From positions 2,016,001-2,080,000 of the forward strand of contig CBDHHL010000056.1 of the NCBI GenBank assembly GCA_965263355.1: a DNA stretch of 64,000 bases, in the 5' to 3' direction. Origin of the DNA: Leptolyngbyaceae cyanobacterium (GTDB lineage Bacteria; Cyanobacteriota; Cyanobacteriia; Phormidesmidales; Phormidesmidaceae). Below the pieces are notes generated by a model. That model made no database searches. It was not told where the DNA came from and saw nothing but the letters and a program-made list of their open reading frames with translations. The first letter of the stretch is position 1, and every line of letters starts with the position of its first letter. Both the position numbers and the translations under genes were made by a program. Shown in pieces: positions 62,403-64,000 of this stretch.

Positions 62403-63542
62403 CTAGAACTCTCTCTGTAGCTGCATTAGCAAGTCATCCACCAGATTAATCACCAGCCCCTTTATCTCACTCGCCCCACTAGAATGGGCCGCTGTTCTCG
62501 GCAAAAACAGAATTTCAGTACTATGGGCAGGTAACGGTCTGCCCGTTTGCGCCGTAAGCCACACTAACGGCGGTGCTGGCAGTTTAGACTCTCCTGTATC
62601 GTCAGCTTGAATGCCTGCTAAAGCCGTTAACACCGATGTGTTTTCCTGCAAAAGCCCTGTCTTTGCACTCCAGAACTGAGCCGCCAACCCTTGCCTTTGA
62701 GCATAGGCATAGAGTGATGCCGCTGCAATGACCGCCTGCTCAAAACTATCGATAGCCCAGGCATCAGAAGTATCCAGAGCAATAATCAAACTCTGGTGAC
62801 TGGTCAGCACCTCCAACTCCCGCACCCGCAATTCTCCATACCGGGCACTGGTGCGCCAGTGAATTAACCGGGTTGGATCCCCCCAACGATAGGGCCGTAG
62901 GGCACGGGTTAACCCTTCTGTCCCGCTGGCATTAATGGGAGTCTTCTGCAGCCGTTGTCGCCCTGCTTCATCGCCTAAAACATCAATGGCTGGACAACGC
63001 TCCAACGGCAGTATTTGCGGATAAACTACGGCCTTGGCCTTGGCAGGCTGGAGACGACTGCACCAAAACAGACCGAGGGGAGCCGCTGTGCGTAAACGCA
63101 CATCAGGCCAGGTATAGATGCCGCGTTTCTCAGTGGGAATTTCGTAGCGCCAGGTGTGTTGAGACTTTGCTGGCAACCGATCAATGGCATGGATAGGCTG
63201 CTTCCCTAACCCAATTGGCACTAGATCTTGCAACTGTAGCAAACTCTTCAGGTGAGTCGTTGTATTTTTGAGGGTCACTACCATCGAGACGGCGTCCCCT
63301 GCTGAGACAGGGCGTGGCAGTTGCCGAGTTACGTCCAGCCCTTGTAATGCCCGCTGCGGCAAAATTGACGACACTGACAGCAACGCAATCGAGACGCCAC
63401 TGATCACATAGAGCCACCCGGCCATGGTATTGGTCGCTGCCCCCAAAAAGCACAGCGTAATTCCCAACAACACCCAGCCACTATAGGCAGGTGTCACCCA
63501 GTTTGCTTCCATCCAACGAGACAAGGGTCTTAGCCAAAACAT
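62403..63542 (-). CDS. DUF58 domain protein
   Basis: Two N-terminal TMs, RGIY, LRPYRWGD..RLIHWRTSARYGELRVRE, FEQAVIAAAS. Confidence 0.9.
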   Translation of the reverse strand: MFWLRPLSRWMEANWVTPAYSGWVLLGITLCFLGAATNTMAGWLYVISGVSIALLSVSSILPQRALQGLDVTRQLPRPVSAGDAVSMVVTLKNTTTHLKSLLQLQDLVPIGLGKQPIHAIDRLPAKSQHTWRYEIPTEKRGIYTWPDVRLRTAAPLGLFWCSRLQPAKAKAVVYPQILPLERCPAIDVLGDEAGRQRLQKTPINASGTEGLTRALRPYRWGDPTRLIHWRTSARYGELRVRELEVLTSHQSLIIALDTSDAWAIDSFEQAVIAAASLYAYAQRQGLAAQFWSAKTGLLQENTSVLTALAGIQADDTGESKLPAPPLVWLTAQTGRPLPAHSTEILFLPRTAAHSSGASEIKGLVINLVDDLLMQLQREF

Positions 63543-63642
63543 CGATTACGCCCTCAAACGACTGAGCCAAATACCATTAATGGTGCCTTAAGTAATTAGG
63601 TTAAACTGATGACACTACAAATGGCTCCTGAACACCCTAGCC

Positions 63643-64000
63643 ATGACGATTCCTCGCTCGCCACTAAGCGCCATTATTTATCCAGAGTCAGACGGTCAAC
63701 CGATGACAGAAAGCGATGCTACCCGAGACTATTTGTTTTATGGCGTTGAGGCCCTAAGGCTATATTTCAAGAGCCGTGGCAGTGTCTATGTATCTGGTAA
63801 TTTGTTTATCTACTACGAAGAGGGTAATCCTAAAGCCGTTATTTCACCTGATGTGTTTGTGGTGTTCGGTGTTAGCCACCGCAAACGACGTAGCTATAAA
63901 ACCTGGCAGGAAAACCATAAACTACCGTCCTTTATCCTAGAAATTACGTCAAAAACGACTAAGAAACAGGACCAGGAAACCGAACCAGAACTATACGCTA
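63643..64000 (+). CDS. Uma2 family endonuclease, cut by window edge
   Basis: YPESDGQPMTES, VSGNLFIYY, SPDVFVVFGV, RRSYKTW, FILEITSKTT. Confidence 0.85.
   Translation, partial: MTIPRSPLSAIIYPESDGQPMTESDATRDYLFYGVEALRLYFKSRGSVYVSGNLFIYYEEGNPKAVISPDVFVVFGVSHRKRRSYKTWQENHKLPSFILEITSKTTKKQDQETEPELYA

Overview
Chromosomal window from a cyanobacterium. Evidence: about 20 HIP1 GCGATCGC sites, split rpoC1/rpoC2, cpcG, petM, psbY, ycf39 and hik2; the TftA-like amidase suggests a filamentous lineage. Most of it is core genome: an NAD salvage operon (pncB-nadD-nrtR-nadE), dxs, mobA, cpcG, rluD-cobA-cbiX, tRNA-His, two peptidoglycan hydrolases, ilvB, hik2, hhoA, rpsT-tatD-rpoB-rpoC1-rpoC2, hisD, hslO, pdxA, grxC, an Slr2103-like acyltransferase, an ABC exporter and rdgB. 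Three accessory or scarred zones stand out. (i) About 2 kb of AT-rich decayed DNA follows tRNA-His. (ii) 45.4-50.3 kb holds duplicated non-coding modules flanking an EEP nuclease gene, a perfect NtcA box, a DnaA-box-like cluster with an AT-rich tract, and a 132-bp tandem promoter+terminator unit that looks like a duplicated sRNA gene. (iii) 52.5-57 kb is a Ser/Thr kinase and Uma2 cluster. The best candidate for a new system is a membrane Ser/Thr kinase whose C-terminal domain is a VanY/M15B D,D-carboxypeptidase fold that has lost two Zn ligands and the catalytic Arg, a possible peptidoglycan-sensing pseudo-enzyme receptor. A ~75-bp TA-flanked MITE-like element occurs three times. All family calls come from motif recognition by eye; no searches were run.
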